Shown: positions 27,839-38,246 of the stretch, one piece after another
Layout: each line of letters opens with the position of its first letter
Numbering within the stretch: the stretch's first letter is position 1
DNA from: a virus
Direction: 5' to 3' (one strand)
DNA length: 64,000 nt
IMG/VR virus record: IMGVR_UViG_3300044632_001278
Notes under the pieces: generated by a model
Databases searched by the model: none
What the model saw: the letters and a program-made list of their open reading frames with translations, nothing else
What the model was told of the DNA's origin: nothing
Made by a program: the position numbers and the translations under genes

Positions 27839-28528
27839 TTAACTTAAAATTATACTTTTACTATTTGTACCTTCGTTGAACAATAAATCTATTATACACA
27901 TATATGGCTTAAAGTCACCATATAATTGTGTATATTTTGGATGATTATAATGTTGCCAAATCAATTCTATATTATTATCTTTGAACTCTTGTTCATTTAT
28001 ATATCTCATTGAGCCTGGACCAGTGCCAGAAATATATTTTGTAGCATTTAAATTCTTCAATAAATACATTATACGCTCGCCACCAGAAACTTCCTTGGGA
28101 CATATTTCAGAACAAAATACAACTTGTGTTTTGATTTCCATTACATTTAAGAAATATTTGATCAAAGCACTGTTTAATTCTGATAATGTTTTATAGTTGA
28201 CTCGGAGAATTGACTCTAAATCGCCATAATATACATTGAAGTATTTTGACTTTCTATAGAAATTTTTTATTAAGTTTAGATGATTATCGTTCCATCCATT
28301 ATAATTGATTTCTATTTCATCAAAGTTTTTGAGTTCACTTTTTCCATTTAATGGCACCGTTAACCACTTTGGTTCGCCATCAGTCTTGATTAAATTTCTG
28401 TGTCCAAAATGTTGTTTGCCTCTTGGAAACTGTACGTTATCAAAAATAACAAAGATATCGCTTCTAGCTATTTTATCAAAAAATCCCATCCAAGGTAAAT
28501 AATTGGGCTGATGAATGCTTACAATCAT
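27839..28528 (-). CDS. WbqC-like protein
   Basis: SIHQPNYLPWMGFF, DNVQF, WLTVP, YISGTG, IIDLLFNEG. Confidence 0.88.
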   Translation of the reverse strand: MIVSIHQPNYLPWMGFFDKIARSDIFVIFDNVQFPRGKQHFGHRNLIKTDGEPKWLTVPLNGKSELKNFDEIEINYNGWNDNHLNLIKNFYRKSKYFNVYYGDLESILRVNYKTLSELNSALIKYFLNVMEIKTQVVFCSEICPKEVSGGERIMYLLKNLNATKYISGTGPGSMRYINEQEFKDNNIELIWQHYNHPKYTQLYGDFKPYMCIIDLLFNEGTNSKSIILS

Positions 28529-29667
28529 ACAATTTTGTTAATTACATCCGCAACATAATCAACTTGATCCATCGTCATCTCTACGTACATAGGAATAGAT
28601 AGATGTCTAGACAACAAACCATCCGCTGATTCATATGTTTGATTCACGGTATATGGTTCAAATACTTTTTGTTGATGACAAGCTGGCCAATAAGCATTTG
28701 CTGTAGGTATGTTATATTCCAAAAATAGTTTTTTACAAATTTCTGATCTTTCATTTAAAGTTGTGGATTTTGGCAATTCTATAATGTAGTGCCACCAAGT
28801 ATTAACTATATTATTTGGAACATCAATAAATTTGATTTTGGGATTGGTGATCTTTTCTTTATATCTTTTTGCTATAACGTTACGTTTCTCTACAAATTCA
28901 TTTGCTCTTTTTAGTTGGCTAATACCAAGAGCTGCAACCATTTCTGTCATTTTATAGTTAGAAGAAATAAATTCACAACTCACACCGAAGTCTACTCCAT
29001 TTACTGGTGTTGGATTTCTAACAGCTCCGTGATTTCTCAAAGTTTTGCAAGTTTCTGCAAACTTTGCATCATTTGTAGTAATTATCCCACCTTCACCTGT
29101 GGTAATAATTTTCGTAGCAAATAGGGAGAAACATCCTGCGTATCCCAGATTTCCAGAATGAAGATCGTCTATAGTAGACCCTACTGCGTGAGAAGCATCT
29201 TCAAACAATAAAAGGCCGTGTTTATCACATAGTTTTTTAATGTTGTAATAATCAGGAGTAATATAGCCAGCCATATGTACTAACATCACACCCGCTACAT
29301 CTTTATCCAAATTTTTTTCAATTACATCAGCACTTAAACAGTGTGTATTTTCATCGATATCTACAATTAGAGGTATATTGTTGGAACGAACTATCGCACT
29401 AACGCTTGCTATAAATGTTTGTGTAGGTACAATTATTTTTTTACCTACTAAACCAGAGGCTCTTAGTGCTACTTCCAAACAAGTACCACCTGAACAAGTT
29501 GCAACTGCATATTTTGTACCACAATACTTTGCAAACATATTCTCAAATTCAGAAACATACTTGGACTGAACCAACGATTCTGTATTTAAAATATCCGCAA
29601 TTCTGTCTAATATTTCTTTGTGGTCTTCTTTGGGAATATATGGCTTTGTTCTTGATAATTTGTTCAT
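28525..29667 (-). CDS. DegT/DnrJ/EryC1/StrS sugar aminotransferase
   Basis: SGGTCL, EDASHA, FSLFATKIITTGEGG, NYKM, LSIPMY. Confidence 0.9.
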   Translation of the reverse strand: MNKLSRTKPYIPKEDHKEILDRIADILNTESLVQSKYVSEFENMFAKYCGTKYAVATCSGGTCLEVALRASGLVGKKIIVPTQTFIASVSAIVRSNNIPLIVDIDENTHCLSADVIEKNLDKDVAGVMLVHMAGYITPDYYNIKKLCDKHGLLLFEDASHAVGSTIDDLHSGNLGYAGCFSLFATKIITTGEGGIITTNDAKFAETCKTLRNHGAVRNPTPVNGVDFGVSCEFISSNYKMTEMVAALGISQLKRANEFVEKRNVIAKRYKEKITNPKIKFIDVPNNIVNTWWHYIIELPKSTTLNERSEICKKLFLEYNIPTANAYWPACHQQKVFEPYTVNQTYESADGLLSRHLSIPMYVEMTMDQVDYVADVINKIV

Positions 29668-30479
29668 AACGTAGATTTGATATAATCGAAAAATTCAGGT
29701 AGATTTTGTTTTGTACTACTAAACTTTCTGCCTAATTTCAAAGGAGACAACAATAGATGTTCGTCTATAAACGGTGAACTAGTACCATTTTCAATAATAT
29801 TTGCCTTTTTATTTAAAAACAAACTTATTTCTTCGATGAGTGTTCTGGCACTGTAAACATCTTCGTTTACAATGTTGTAACTATCTTTAGTGTTGTATTG
29901 ATTAGTAGTAGACATATACACCAATGTATTAACAATATCATTTGCCCATATAAAACTCAATAGTTTATTTCCTGTGCCAGCAACTTCTACAGGTCTATTG
30001 TTAAGTATATTTCTGATATAGTAACTTATTCTTGGTCTAGGACAATCGTGACCAACAATATATGGTGGTCTGATAATCATATAGTTGGTGTCTATTTGTT
30101 TGACTATATTTTCACAATCGGCTTTTTCTACACCATAATCACCAAATCCAGATCGACCACCAATGCACATTTCTTCGTTGTATGATAGACAGTTTGCGTC
30201 TTTATATGCGGCGCCGCTGCTTATAAATATGTATTTTTGGTTCGGTTTCAACCAATTTACAAGATGTTGAGCTTGAGCTGGTTTAAAAAGACAAAAGTCC
30301 AGAATAACGTTGTAATCATTTTCGATATTAAATGGTTCATTACGATCCCACTTGATTACTTTAACTTTATTTGGACCTGTGCCTGATCTATTAAGAACAG
30401 CAACGTTGGCTAATTTACTTAGTTCATATGCGACTTTTTTACCAACGAATCTATTTCCACCTATAACCAATATTTTCAT
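29664..30479 (-). CDS. NAD-dependent epimerase/dehydratase
   Basis: GGNRFVG, FISSGAAY, YGVEK. Confidence 0.8.
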   Translation of the reverse strand: MKILVIGGNRFVGKKVAYELSKLANVAVLNRSGTGPNKVKVIKWDRNEPFNIENDYNVILDFCLFKPAQAQHLVNWLKPNQKYIFISSGAAYKDANCLSYNEEMCIGGRSGFGDYGVEKADCENIVKQIDTNYMIIRPPYIVGHDCPRPRISYYIRNILNNRPVEVAGTGNKLLSFIWANDIVNTLVYMSTTNQYNTKDSYNIVNEDVYSARTLIEEISLFLNKKANIIENGTSSPFIDEHLLLSPLKLGRKFSSTKQNLPEFFDYIKSTL

Positions 30480-31342
30480 TAGATAAGATCTTTGATTTCT
30501 TCGATAGTATATTGTTCAACTTCGTTGCTATAAGGACCGTTTTCTAGAATCTTTTCGTGTTTGTTTTCGCCTGGTTGTAAACCGATAACTTTAACATTTG
30601 GTTTAGATCCAGCTGGAGCGTATTTTTGAATTAGTGCCTCCAATAGATTTCCTATACTCATACCTTTCATCGTGGGTACGTATGGTGTTGAATCGGTACA
30701 ATTTTCCAGACAATTATAGATCAAATCAATTGCTTGATCAACCGTCCAAAAGAATCTGGTAGCTTCTGGTTCTGTAACAATCAAGTCTTTACCTTCGCTA
30801 ATCAAGTCTCTCCACTTACATAGTACTGATCCCGTAGAATACAACACGTTGCCATAACGAACTATACGATAGTCTGTATTTGGATTTAGCTGTTCAAACT
30901 GCTTAAATAAACGTTCCATTAGTAATTTAGAAGCACCATATACACCAGCTACTTGAGCCGCTTTATCTGTGCTGATACCAATTACAAACTCCAACTCATA
31001 ATTAAGCGATTCTTCTAAAATGTAAAGTGATCCTAATGTATTGGACTTGATACATTCACGAACTTGCTTTTCAGCAATACCAATGTGTTTTGATGCTGCT
31101 AAGTGAAATACACCATTAACTCCTTTCATAGCTTGACGTACTTCAAATGGATCGGAGATGTCTCCCGTGAGAATTTCTATGGACGGAAACGATTGTTTAA
31201 GATCAATCAATTTACCTTCGTCTCTTGATAGAACACGAACTTTTGCACCGTCGTTCAAAAGTCTTTTAACGAGTGGTTTGCCTAGAAATCCACTACCACC
31301 TGTAACTAAGAATAATTTGTTTGTGAAGTTATATTTTTTCAT
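30479..31342 (-). CDS. PseB/CapD-like UDP-GlcNAc 4,6-dehydratase
   Basis: TGGSGFLG, SRDEGK, STDKA, YGASK, RYGNV, TRF, GENKHE. Confidence 0.85.
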   Translation of the reverse strand: MKKYNFTNKLFLVTGGSGFLGKPLVKRLLNDGAKVRVLSRDEGKLIDLKQSFPSIEILTGDISDPFEVRQAMKGVNGVFHLAASKHIGIAEKQVRECIKSNTLGSLYILEESLNYELEFVIGISTDKAAQVAGVYGASKLLMERLFKQFEQLNPNTDYRIVRYGNVLYSTGSVLCKWRDLISEGKDLIVTEPEATRFFWTVDQAIDLIYNCLENCTDSTPYVPTMKGMSIGNLLEALIQKYAPAGSKPNVKVIGLQPGENKHEKILENGPYSNEVEQYTIEEIKDLI

Positions 31343-31383
31343 ACTCTATTATAGATACTATTTGAATTGACTTGAAATTTTTT

Positions 31384-31941
31384 TTAATTAAGTGATTTTA
31401 TTACTCCTGTTTTTTCGTCATTGTCCAAAACAAAAGCAGGTCTGCCAACCTTTTCAGATACTTTTTTGATTAGCTCCATCTCGGCTTGTCTATTTAGATC
31501 GTGAAATACCATATGAGCGTTTGTGTCAAACAAATCTAGATGTGTATAAAAACCACCTCTACCGTAGTTTCCGTTTGGTCCATCTATTATAATTAGATCA
31601 TATTTTGGTACCAATTTTAATACTTCAGATAGTTTATTTGGATCGTACCAAGCAACTTGTTTTTCATAAAACGGAAGGCATGATATATTGTTGGGTGCTT
31701 TAAAATCGGTATTATTGTATTCTTTTAATGGAACGTGATATGCATTTGGGTGATTTAACCACTGCATATTATGTTCAATTGAATATACATTATACCAAGT
31801 CAATAACAACTTAGTAGTAACACCACAACCAAATTCCAAAATAGAAGATCCTTCTGGTAATAAAAATCTTATTAAATCTACTGCTTGTTCTCCGATTGAA
31901 CCTTTAATGAGAGTAGGATATTTTTCACTTATTTGAATCAT
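31384..31941 (-). CDS. SAM-dependent methyltransferase-like protein
   Basis: ILEFGCG, SIEH, IIIDGP, FHD. Confidence 0.7.
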   Translation of the reverse strand: MIQISEKYPTLIKGSIGEQAVDLIRFLLPEGSSILEFGCGVTTKLLLTWYNVYSIEHNMQWLNHPNAYHVPLKEYNNTDFKAPNNISCLPFYEKQVAWYDPNKLSEVLKLVPKYDLIIIDGPNGNYGRGGFYTHLDLFDTNAHMVFHDLNRQAEMELIKKVSEKVGRPAFVLDNDEKTGVIKSLN

Positions 31942-32720
31942 AATACATCGTCTTTGTAAAAATATTGACTATAATTTAGTTTTATAAAATCTGGCAAATC
32001 ATTTACTATTTCACAATTTTCTAAAATATGCTTGTAATTTATAAATTTTTTAATAGTTTTTGGATCATTCAATTCTTGATGTGAAAAACTTTTAATTTTA
32101 TTTTCTATATTAACGCACCAGCTGAAATGGTACCCAGCATTATTAATTACATTTATATCTTGTATAAAATCATTAAAATGTCTTATATTCCAAACGTTAA
32201 ATATATATTTTTTATATATCAATGGATTAAACGCAACGGATCTTTGCCATCCTGTTTTTTTGTGTTTGAGACATTTACTATTAAAGTAATATTTTCTGTG
32301 ATCCAAATTGAAATAATTAACTTTATCTTTTATAATTTTATCTTTGCACTTTTCTAGAAATATTATTTCATCTACATCTACATTTATTACGATATCGTCA
32401 ATATTAAAATCTATTTGTTCAAATAAATAATTTCTTTGTCGTTGTTCACGGGACCAAATATCTAAATCTAGTTTTCCTATATTATACGGATAATTTTTTA
32501 TTAATTCATAATAATCCAAATTCACATCCAAGTAAATAATTTTCTCATTATATTTAGAGAAAGCGTCTCTATTTTTATAAAAGTGACATTCTTTTTTATT
32601 GCCTGAATATGTTTGTCCTGATTCTGTAATTACAAATTTATCAACATAATCATAATTAACATCTAATTGCAATTTTACAAAATCCAATTCATCATTTAAT
32701 ATGATAGAGTAATAAATCAT
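31938..32720 (-). CDS. GT17-like glycosyltransferase
   Basis: VDKFVITES..TYSG, REQRQRN, DVDEI, GYHFSW, KIKSFSHQE. Confidence 0.8.
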   Translation of the reverse strand: MIYYSIILNDELDFVKLQLDVNYDYVDKFVITESGQTYSGNKKECHFYKNRDAFSKYNEKIIYLDVNLDYYELIKNYPYNIGKLDLDIWSREQRQRNYLFEQIDFNIDDIVINVDVDEIIFLEKCKDKIIKDKVNYFNLDHRKYYFNSKCLKHKKTGWQRSVAFNPLIYKKYIFNVWNIRHFNDFIQDINVINNAGYHFSWCVNIENKIKSFSHQELNDPKTIKKFINYKHILENCEIVNDLPDFIKLNYSQYFYKDDVL

Positions 32721-33421
32721 TTTACTTTAAAATTTAACTGAGAAGAAAAAATAATTGGTTTAGATTTTATTTTTATACCAAAATTATTTGGTTCGCTTTT
32801 AATAAATTTATTATGTGGTATTTTAAATACATCTAATATCTTTTTAAAAATCAAATCATTTTTATATTCTGAATTTCTAATCAAGACAGTGTTTGATCTG
32901 TCTAATTGTAACACTGTATATCCAAACGATTTTAATGAATTTTCATATTCATAAATGCTTTCTTTAGAATGTATGTGCTCAAAAATTATATAATTTATAT
33001 GATATTTATTAAAATCAATTTTTTTTATTATATTAATATCGGACCCCTCGGTGTCTATAAATAGACAATCTAAATTTTTAATTTTATATCTATTAAATAG
33101 ACTTTCTATTTTGATACCTTTTATTATTCTACGTTGAATATTTTCTTCTTTATGATTGCATTTTAACAAATGATTTTTATCCAGAGAAGAATGAGTGGTG
33201 ACATCAGGATTTACATTAAAAATACAACTTCCATCTTCATTTGAAATTACAACGTTTTCGAGATAAACATTTTTAATAGTGTCATAATTTTTATATATTT
33301 CATCATTTAGTTCTTCTAAAGGTTCAACCAATAACACGAATTCTAAATATTTATTAAAATATTTAGCAAATTTATTTACGTGATCCTTTCCGTTATTGGT
33401 ACCTATTTGAACGATTTTCAT
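32717..33421 (-). CDS. FkbM family methyltransferase
   Basis: QIGTNNG, LVEP, FIDTEGSD, IFEH. Confidence 0.8.
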   Translation of the reverse strand: MKIVQIGTNNGKDHVNKFAKYFNKYLEFVLLVEPLEELNDEIYKNYDTIKNVYLENVVISNEDGSCIFNVNPDVTTHSSLDKNHLLKCNHKEENIQRRIIKGIKIESLFNRYKIKNLDCLFIDTEGSDINIIKKIDFNKYHINYIIFEHIHSKESIYEYENSLKSFGYTVLQLDRSNTVLIRNSEYKNDLIFKKILDVFKIPHNKFIKSEPNNFGIKIKSKPIIFSSQLNFKVK

Positions 33422-34164
33422 TTATATAGTTTGTTAAATGTTTTTTCCATCCAATACATCGTCTTAGAATTATCTCCGTTATTGGGAATAGCGTTGAAGT
33501 GAAATATGTATCCCATATTTAAATAAGGCATATTTTCATTCAATGCTTCTCTACGATGTAAATCTTGCATATTGAATTCGTATGGCAAGAACTTCATATC
33601 GATGTTTTCAATCTGACACATAAAATTTAATACAGGTTGATCTGTGCCTGTAAAAAACGTTTCTTGCATTTTAACCAAATTTTCTTTATTCGCAAAGTAG
33701 AAATCTTTGACTTTATTGAAGAACTCTTTGTGGGTTTTATTTAATATTAGCACTCCTGAATTGAAGTATTTGGTTACATCAAAATTGTAATTGTTGAAGA
33801 TGTATTTTTTGTAATTTTCTATACTTCTAAACAACCAATCATAAGATCCTATATTATTAACCACACAAAACTTGTCTTCAGCTACATCAAAGAAATTTGG
33901 TGCATCTGGATGTACAATAGTATCAGCATCAACAATTAAAATTTTATCTACGTCAATATTTGATTGTTCCAATAAATCAAAAATAAACACTTTGTGCCAA
34001 TTGGGTCGTAAGTCATCATATGGAAGAATAGGTTCTTCCAACACAACCAATTTAGCATTATGTTTATTACAGTAATGTTTCCAAGATTCAATTCCAAATT
34101 TATATGGTACTGTTCTACCTGGCTTTCTATCAGTCGCAATATTAATTATATAAACTACATTCAT
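33418..34164 (-). CDS. GT8-like glycosyltransferase
   Basis: VDADT, YFNSGV, TDQPVLN, HF. Confidence 0.8.
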   Translation of the reverse strand: MNVVYIINIATDRKPGRTVPYKFGIESWKHYCNKHNAKLVVLEEPILPYDDLRPNWHKVFIFDLLEQSNIDVDKILIVDADTIVHPDAPNFFDVAEDKFCVVNNIGSYDWLFRSIENYKKYIFNNYNFDVTKYFNSGVLILNKTHKEFFNKVKDFYFANKENLVKMQETFFTGTDQPVLNFMCQIENIDMKFLPYEFNMQDLHRREALNENMPYLNMGYIFHFNAIPNNGDNSKTMYWMEKTFNKLYK

Positions 34165-34919
34165 TTGTAAAATTGTTTTGTTTGATTCCAGATTTGATTA
34201 ATTAAACCGTTTCTTTCATCGATGCTACATCCTGTAAAATGCCATATATGAGAATATTTAATAAAAAACGGAGTGTTATCTTCATTTAGTTGCCAATTAT
34301 ACTGCAACCAATCGTTTTTAATTAACCGCATTGTATTGAACCTAAAGTCTAAATATTTTTTTTGTACATTCAACTTATTAATCATCAAGTTTAAAACTGT
34401 TTGGTCTCGACCTGTATTTGGCACATTCCAGTTGTCCAATGATTGTTTGTTATTTTTATAGAACTTTAATACTTCCTCAAATACGCACTTATGATCTTTT
34501 GTAAAAAATAAAACGCCACTGTTAATGTATTGACACAAATATATTGGAACATCTAACTCTTTAAAAGATTTTCTATAAGCATTAATACTGCTGTCCAACC
34601 AATTAATAGATTCATTATCTATGACTCCACAAAATTCGTTGTCATATTGATCGAAAAAATTTGGAGCAGACCAATTAGGCATTGTATCAAAATCCATCAT
34701 ACCAATTTTTTCATATCCTTCTACATAGTCAAAAACGCAGTGTTTATTCCATTTTGGATGTGGGATATTATCTGTTAATTTGTCAACAAATATAAAATCA
34801 ATGTTGTGTTTACGACAGTATGATTCCCAAGCTTGTTTGGTTATATTGTAATATCCACTATGATTAAATTTGGATTTACCATCGTCAATGGCAAATATAA
34901 TGATGCAATTTTTATTCAT
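34161..34919 (-). CDS. GT8-like glycosyltransferase (tandem paralogue)
   Basis: MDFDT, YINSGV, RDQTVLN, WHFTG. Confidence 0.8.
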   Translation of the reverse strand: MNKNCIIIFAIDDGKSKFNHSGYYNITKQAWESYCRKHNIDFIFVDKLTDNIPHPKWNKHCVFDYVEGYEKIGMMDFDTMPNWSAPNFFDQYDNEFCGVIDNESINWLDSSINAYRKSFKELDVPIYLCQYINSGVLFFTKDHKCVFEEVLKFYKNNKQSLDNWNVPNTGRDQTVLNLMINKLNVQKKYLDFRFNTMRLIKNDWLQYNWQLNEDNTPFFIKYSHIWHFTGCSIDERNGLINQIWNQTKQFYK

Positions 34920-35715
34920 TTAATTTCAACATTTTATCATTACTTACAATCGCAGCTTTTAATATAGATAAGTCCATTCCAACTTTATCTCCTAGTTTAG
35001 CAAGTGCTTTTGTGTCTTTAGGAAAACACTTACCTCCAAATCCACGTTCTCCAGTAAATACTGCTGTATGTGACTTGGTTGTACGTGGATCTAACAGCCA
35101 TAAATCTCTAACTTCATAGTAATTCGTACCGAGTTTGTTACACAAATCGTACATTTCATTACAATAAGCAACCTTTAGAGCCAAATGTGTATTTACCATA
35201 TATTTTGCCAATTCAGCATTTATAGGATCGGTGACTCTGTAGGTTTTACTTGGACCAGTAATTGGTGTATAAATTTCAATAATTTTATAACAAAGTTCTT
35301 TTTTACCACCAAAAATAAAGAAAGGTGTTTGTTTAACATCATTAGTGAAAGCTTCTGGAGTCCAGTGTTTAGATTCACCTGCAAATTCTGGGCTAAATAC
35401 AATATCTTTTTTGAATTTTTCAATCAATCTATCAGTTGTACCAACTTCAACGGTTGATTTTAAAAGAATCAAACGCGTTTGAATCCATCTTATACTCTCT
35501 TCAACGATAGTGGTATTGCAACTACCATCCTCATTTTCTGGGGTAGGAACGCAAACTACTGCTAAATCACACTTATTGATGTCCTCCTTGGTATTTGATA
35601 AAATATATGCTGGGTCATATATAAAAACCTCGTAGTGATTTTTGAAAAAATCGTAGAATGCTTTACCTACATACCCATTGCCAACGATTCCAATCTTAGT
35701 TTTTAATTTGCTCAT
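34912..35715 (-). CDS. UDP-glucose/GDP-mannose dehydrogenase family (short, lacks C-terminal domain)
   Basis: GNGYVG, VCVPTP, KSTV, SPEF, AELAKY, GFGGKCFPKD. Confidence 0.85.
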   Translation of the reverse strand: MSKLKTKIGIVGNGYVGKAFYDFFKNHYEVFIYDPAYILSNTKEDINKCDLAVVCVPTPENEDGSCNTTIVEESIRWIQTRLILLKSTVEVGTTDRLIEKFKKDIVFSPEFAGESKHWTPEAFTNDVKQTPFFIFGGKKELCYKIIEIYTPITGPSKTYRVTDPINAELAKYMVNTHLALKVAYCNEMYDLCNKLGTNYYEVRDLWLLDPRTTKSHTAVFTGERGFGGKCFPKDTKALAKLGDKVGMDLSILKAAIVSNDKMLKLNE

Positions 35716-36643
35716 AAATTCTATTCCAATTACTCAACCATTTTTCTTCTGTATAATATATTTGATATAAATCCCTAGATGATGTTGAACAGTGATTATA
35801 AAAAGATTTATCGTCCCGTAATTTAATTGATAATTCATTTGCCTTATCAATATCACCTACGTTCACTGTCAATTCAGTATGCAAAGTTTCTTGTGTATCT
35901 AATCCTTTATATCCAATGCAAGGTATACCTAGATAAGCACAATTGAGGGCGAATGTACCTGCGGCGTGAGTACGCATTAAGTGTATACCCACATTAAAAT
36001 TGGCAAGGGCTTGTATCCACTCATTCCACATCATATATGGTAGATGATGTAAGCTAGGAAATTGATCTTCATTTTCTATCTTACGCCCCATACTAGGGAT
36101 GAAGATGGGTTTATTAAAGTTTTGTGCTACAAAGTAACTGTCTATACCGCCATACCAACTACAGAAATTACCACCTATAATAGGCATTTGGTTGTTTTGA
36201 CGGGGTACATCTTTGACAATATCTTCAATCATAAGAGACTGAAGATTAAATGTGGGTTTCTTGAATATACCTTTGAAGTATGGAATATCACTCTTATTGT
36301 GAACCAACAAGAAATTCATTTCACTTAAGAAGTTTATATAGTTAACTTGATCTGCGTATTTGTAATCTTGATAATACCAAGCCGGACCTTCTTGCATTAC
36401 CGATAATTTTTTGCCAATAGATTTACAAATGTCTAAAATCTGATTTGTGTTAATTATCTCCAATTTCTTTGGTAAAATTATGATGGCTAAATCATATGTC
36501 GGTACTTTGTTTTGACAAATATAATCAAAAGATAGATGATCCGCATTTAACGCAATTTGCCAAGAAAATTCTGTACGGCAGTTTGAAAAGTTACGAGGAA
36601 TCTTACCAACGTGACCGTTTTGACTAATAAAACAAATATTCAT
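35696..36643 (-). CDS. Glycosyltransferase-like protein (GT-B)
   Basis: AAGTFALNCAYLGIPCIG resembles a GT-B C-terminal motif. Confidence 0.55.
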   Translation of the reverse strand: MNICFISQNGHVGKIPRNFSNCRTEFSWQIALNADHLSFDYICQNKVPTYDLAIIILPKKLEIINTNQILDICKSIGKKLSVMQEGPAWYYQDYKYADQVNYINFLSEMNFLLVHNKSDIPYFKGIFKKPTFNLQSLMIEDIVKDVPRQNNQMPIIGGNFCSWYGGIDSYFVAQNFNKPIFIPSMGRKIENEDQFPSLHHLPYMMWNEWIQALANFNVGIHLMRTHAAGTFALNCAYLGIPCIGYKGLDTQETLHTELTVNVGDIDKANELSIKLRDDKSFYNHCSTSSRDLYQIYYTEEKWLSNWNRIYEQIKN

Positions 36644-37626
36644 AGGTTTTTCTTAAAATCTTCGTAAGTATAAAACTTGCCTGTATTATGGAATAGAGTA
36701 TTTAAATTGTGTTGAGACATTTGCTTGAATACTTGCCACCAGTCTCCTTTTTCTTTTCCACAGAATCCTCTTGGGTTATTTTCATTGTCAATATACATAC
36801 GTTTATTAGGATGTCTACGTGCGTGAACTTTCAATACGTTTTTAAAAACTATTTGTAAATAATTAGTTCCTAGTATTTTTTGTGCCATCATTGACAAACT
36901 TTCATCGTCATTATGAATAAAACAAGGTGGTATATTCACCCCACATTTTATTAAGTCGGATGTTAACACCAAACAAGAACCATCAATTTTTGGATAATTA
37001 AGAGTTTGTATATCAATTTGTTCTATTTCAGAATTAATTGCATTCATCTGTTCTATTGACATACAAGACTTGGCTTGATTGATATTGTCAACATCTTTAT
37101 CATTATAAACGTGATTTATAAATTTAGGATGAACTGTTGCATCCCAACTATTATCCCATAACTTTCTATCTGCAAAACAAGCTATAAATCTGTATAGTCC
37201 TTGTTTTCTAACTACAGGTGTTAGTTGTTCCAGTGAAATTATAGCTTCTTTTGGAAACAAACTATCAGTTTCGCCCCAAATTACATAATCAGCCTTTTCA
37301 CAGTATTTTGTATTAAACTCTCTTCTATAATTGGTTTGGGTATAAAATTCATTGTCATTATTAATTATTTTATAATGAACATTAGGCAATTCTTTTAGTC
37401 TAGACAGTTCGTTCTCAAATCTATCGGTTAAATCATCATTGGACGTTTTTGATGTATCTATTTTTTCAAAAAATTGTGATGTGTTAAATGCAAAATCCAA
37501 ATATACGTTTTCTTTATTATCTACTGTAGACAATAGGTTTAATACCCCATCAATATAGGATTTAAACATTTCAATTTCATAAAACATTACATGTACACCA
37601 ATTGCATATTTGTTCTGGATTATCAT
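36640..37626 (-). CDS. Glycosyltransferase-like protein (GT-A)
   Basis: WGETDS (DxD-like), HNDD; operon context. Confidence 0.5.
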   Translation of the reverse strand: MIIQNKYAIGVHVMFYEIEMFKSYIDGVLNLLSTVDNKENVYLDFAFNTSQFFEKIDTSKTSNDDLTDRFENELSRLKELPNVHYKIINNDNEFYTQTNYRREFNTKYCEKADYVIWGETDSLFPKEAIISLEQLTPVVRKQGLYRFIACFADRKLWDNSWDATVHPKFINHVYNDKDVDNINQAKSCMSIEQMNAINSEIEQIDIQTLNYPKIDGSCLVLTSDLIKCGVNIPPCFIHNDDESLSMMAQKILGTNYLQIVFKNVLKVHARRHPNKRMYIDNENNPRGFCGKEKGDWWQVFKQMSQHNLNTLFHNTGKFYTYEDFKKNL

Positions 37627-37627
37627 A

Positions 37628-38245
37628 TTACTTCTTTTTTAGAACTACCAAGGATCCTGGCCACCCATCATCAATACATTCTTCTACGACATTGTAATAG
37701 TCTAGTACAGTTTTATATCTAACTCTATCTTTGAAGTCGTGTACATATACTATACCATTGTCTTTTATATAGTCAAGTGCTTTGTAGGCACAAAAAACTC
37801 TTGCTCTACCATCTACCAGAACTTTATCAAATTTTTTATTATATGAAGATATACTGTTTATATATCTTACATAACAATGCCAGTCATCTCCTCCTCTGGT
37901 TTTAGAGTAATATATTCCGTCTTTTATTTCAACATTGTTTGTTAGTTTTAACAAATTTGAAGCTTCTTTATCTAAAGATTCATCCAGAATGATTTCGTGG
38001 TTTGATATATGTTTATAGTTTACGTTTTTAATATTCTTTCTGGTTAAAATATTATTAACTTCGTTATACCACTTATAATCGTGTTCTACTGAATAATATT
38101 CATTTACATAATTACAAAAATTATAAGTGCTGCCACCAGATCCCCACTCAAATACATCATCTGATTTGTTTAAATATTTAATAAAGCACGATACTTGTGT
38201 CGAGCTCATCATTATTTCTGGATGTTGATCTTTAAATAAACTCAT
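37628..38245 (-). CDS. SAM-dependent methyltransferase-like protein
   Basis: VFEWGSGGST, SVEHD, VLVDGRAR, VHD. Confidence 0.75.
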   Translation of the reverse strand: MSLFKDQHPEIMMSSTQVSCFIKYLNKSDDVFEWGSGGSTYNFCNYVNEYYSVEHDYKWYNEVNNILTRKNIKNVNYKHISNHEIILDESLDKEASNLLKLTNNVEIKDGIYYSKTRGGDDWHCYVRYINSISSYNKKFDKVLVDGRARVFCAYKALDYIKDNGIVYVHDFKDRVRYKTVLDYYNVVEECIDDGWPGSLVVLKKK

Positions 38246-38246
38246 A

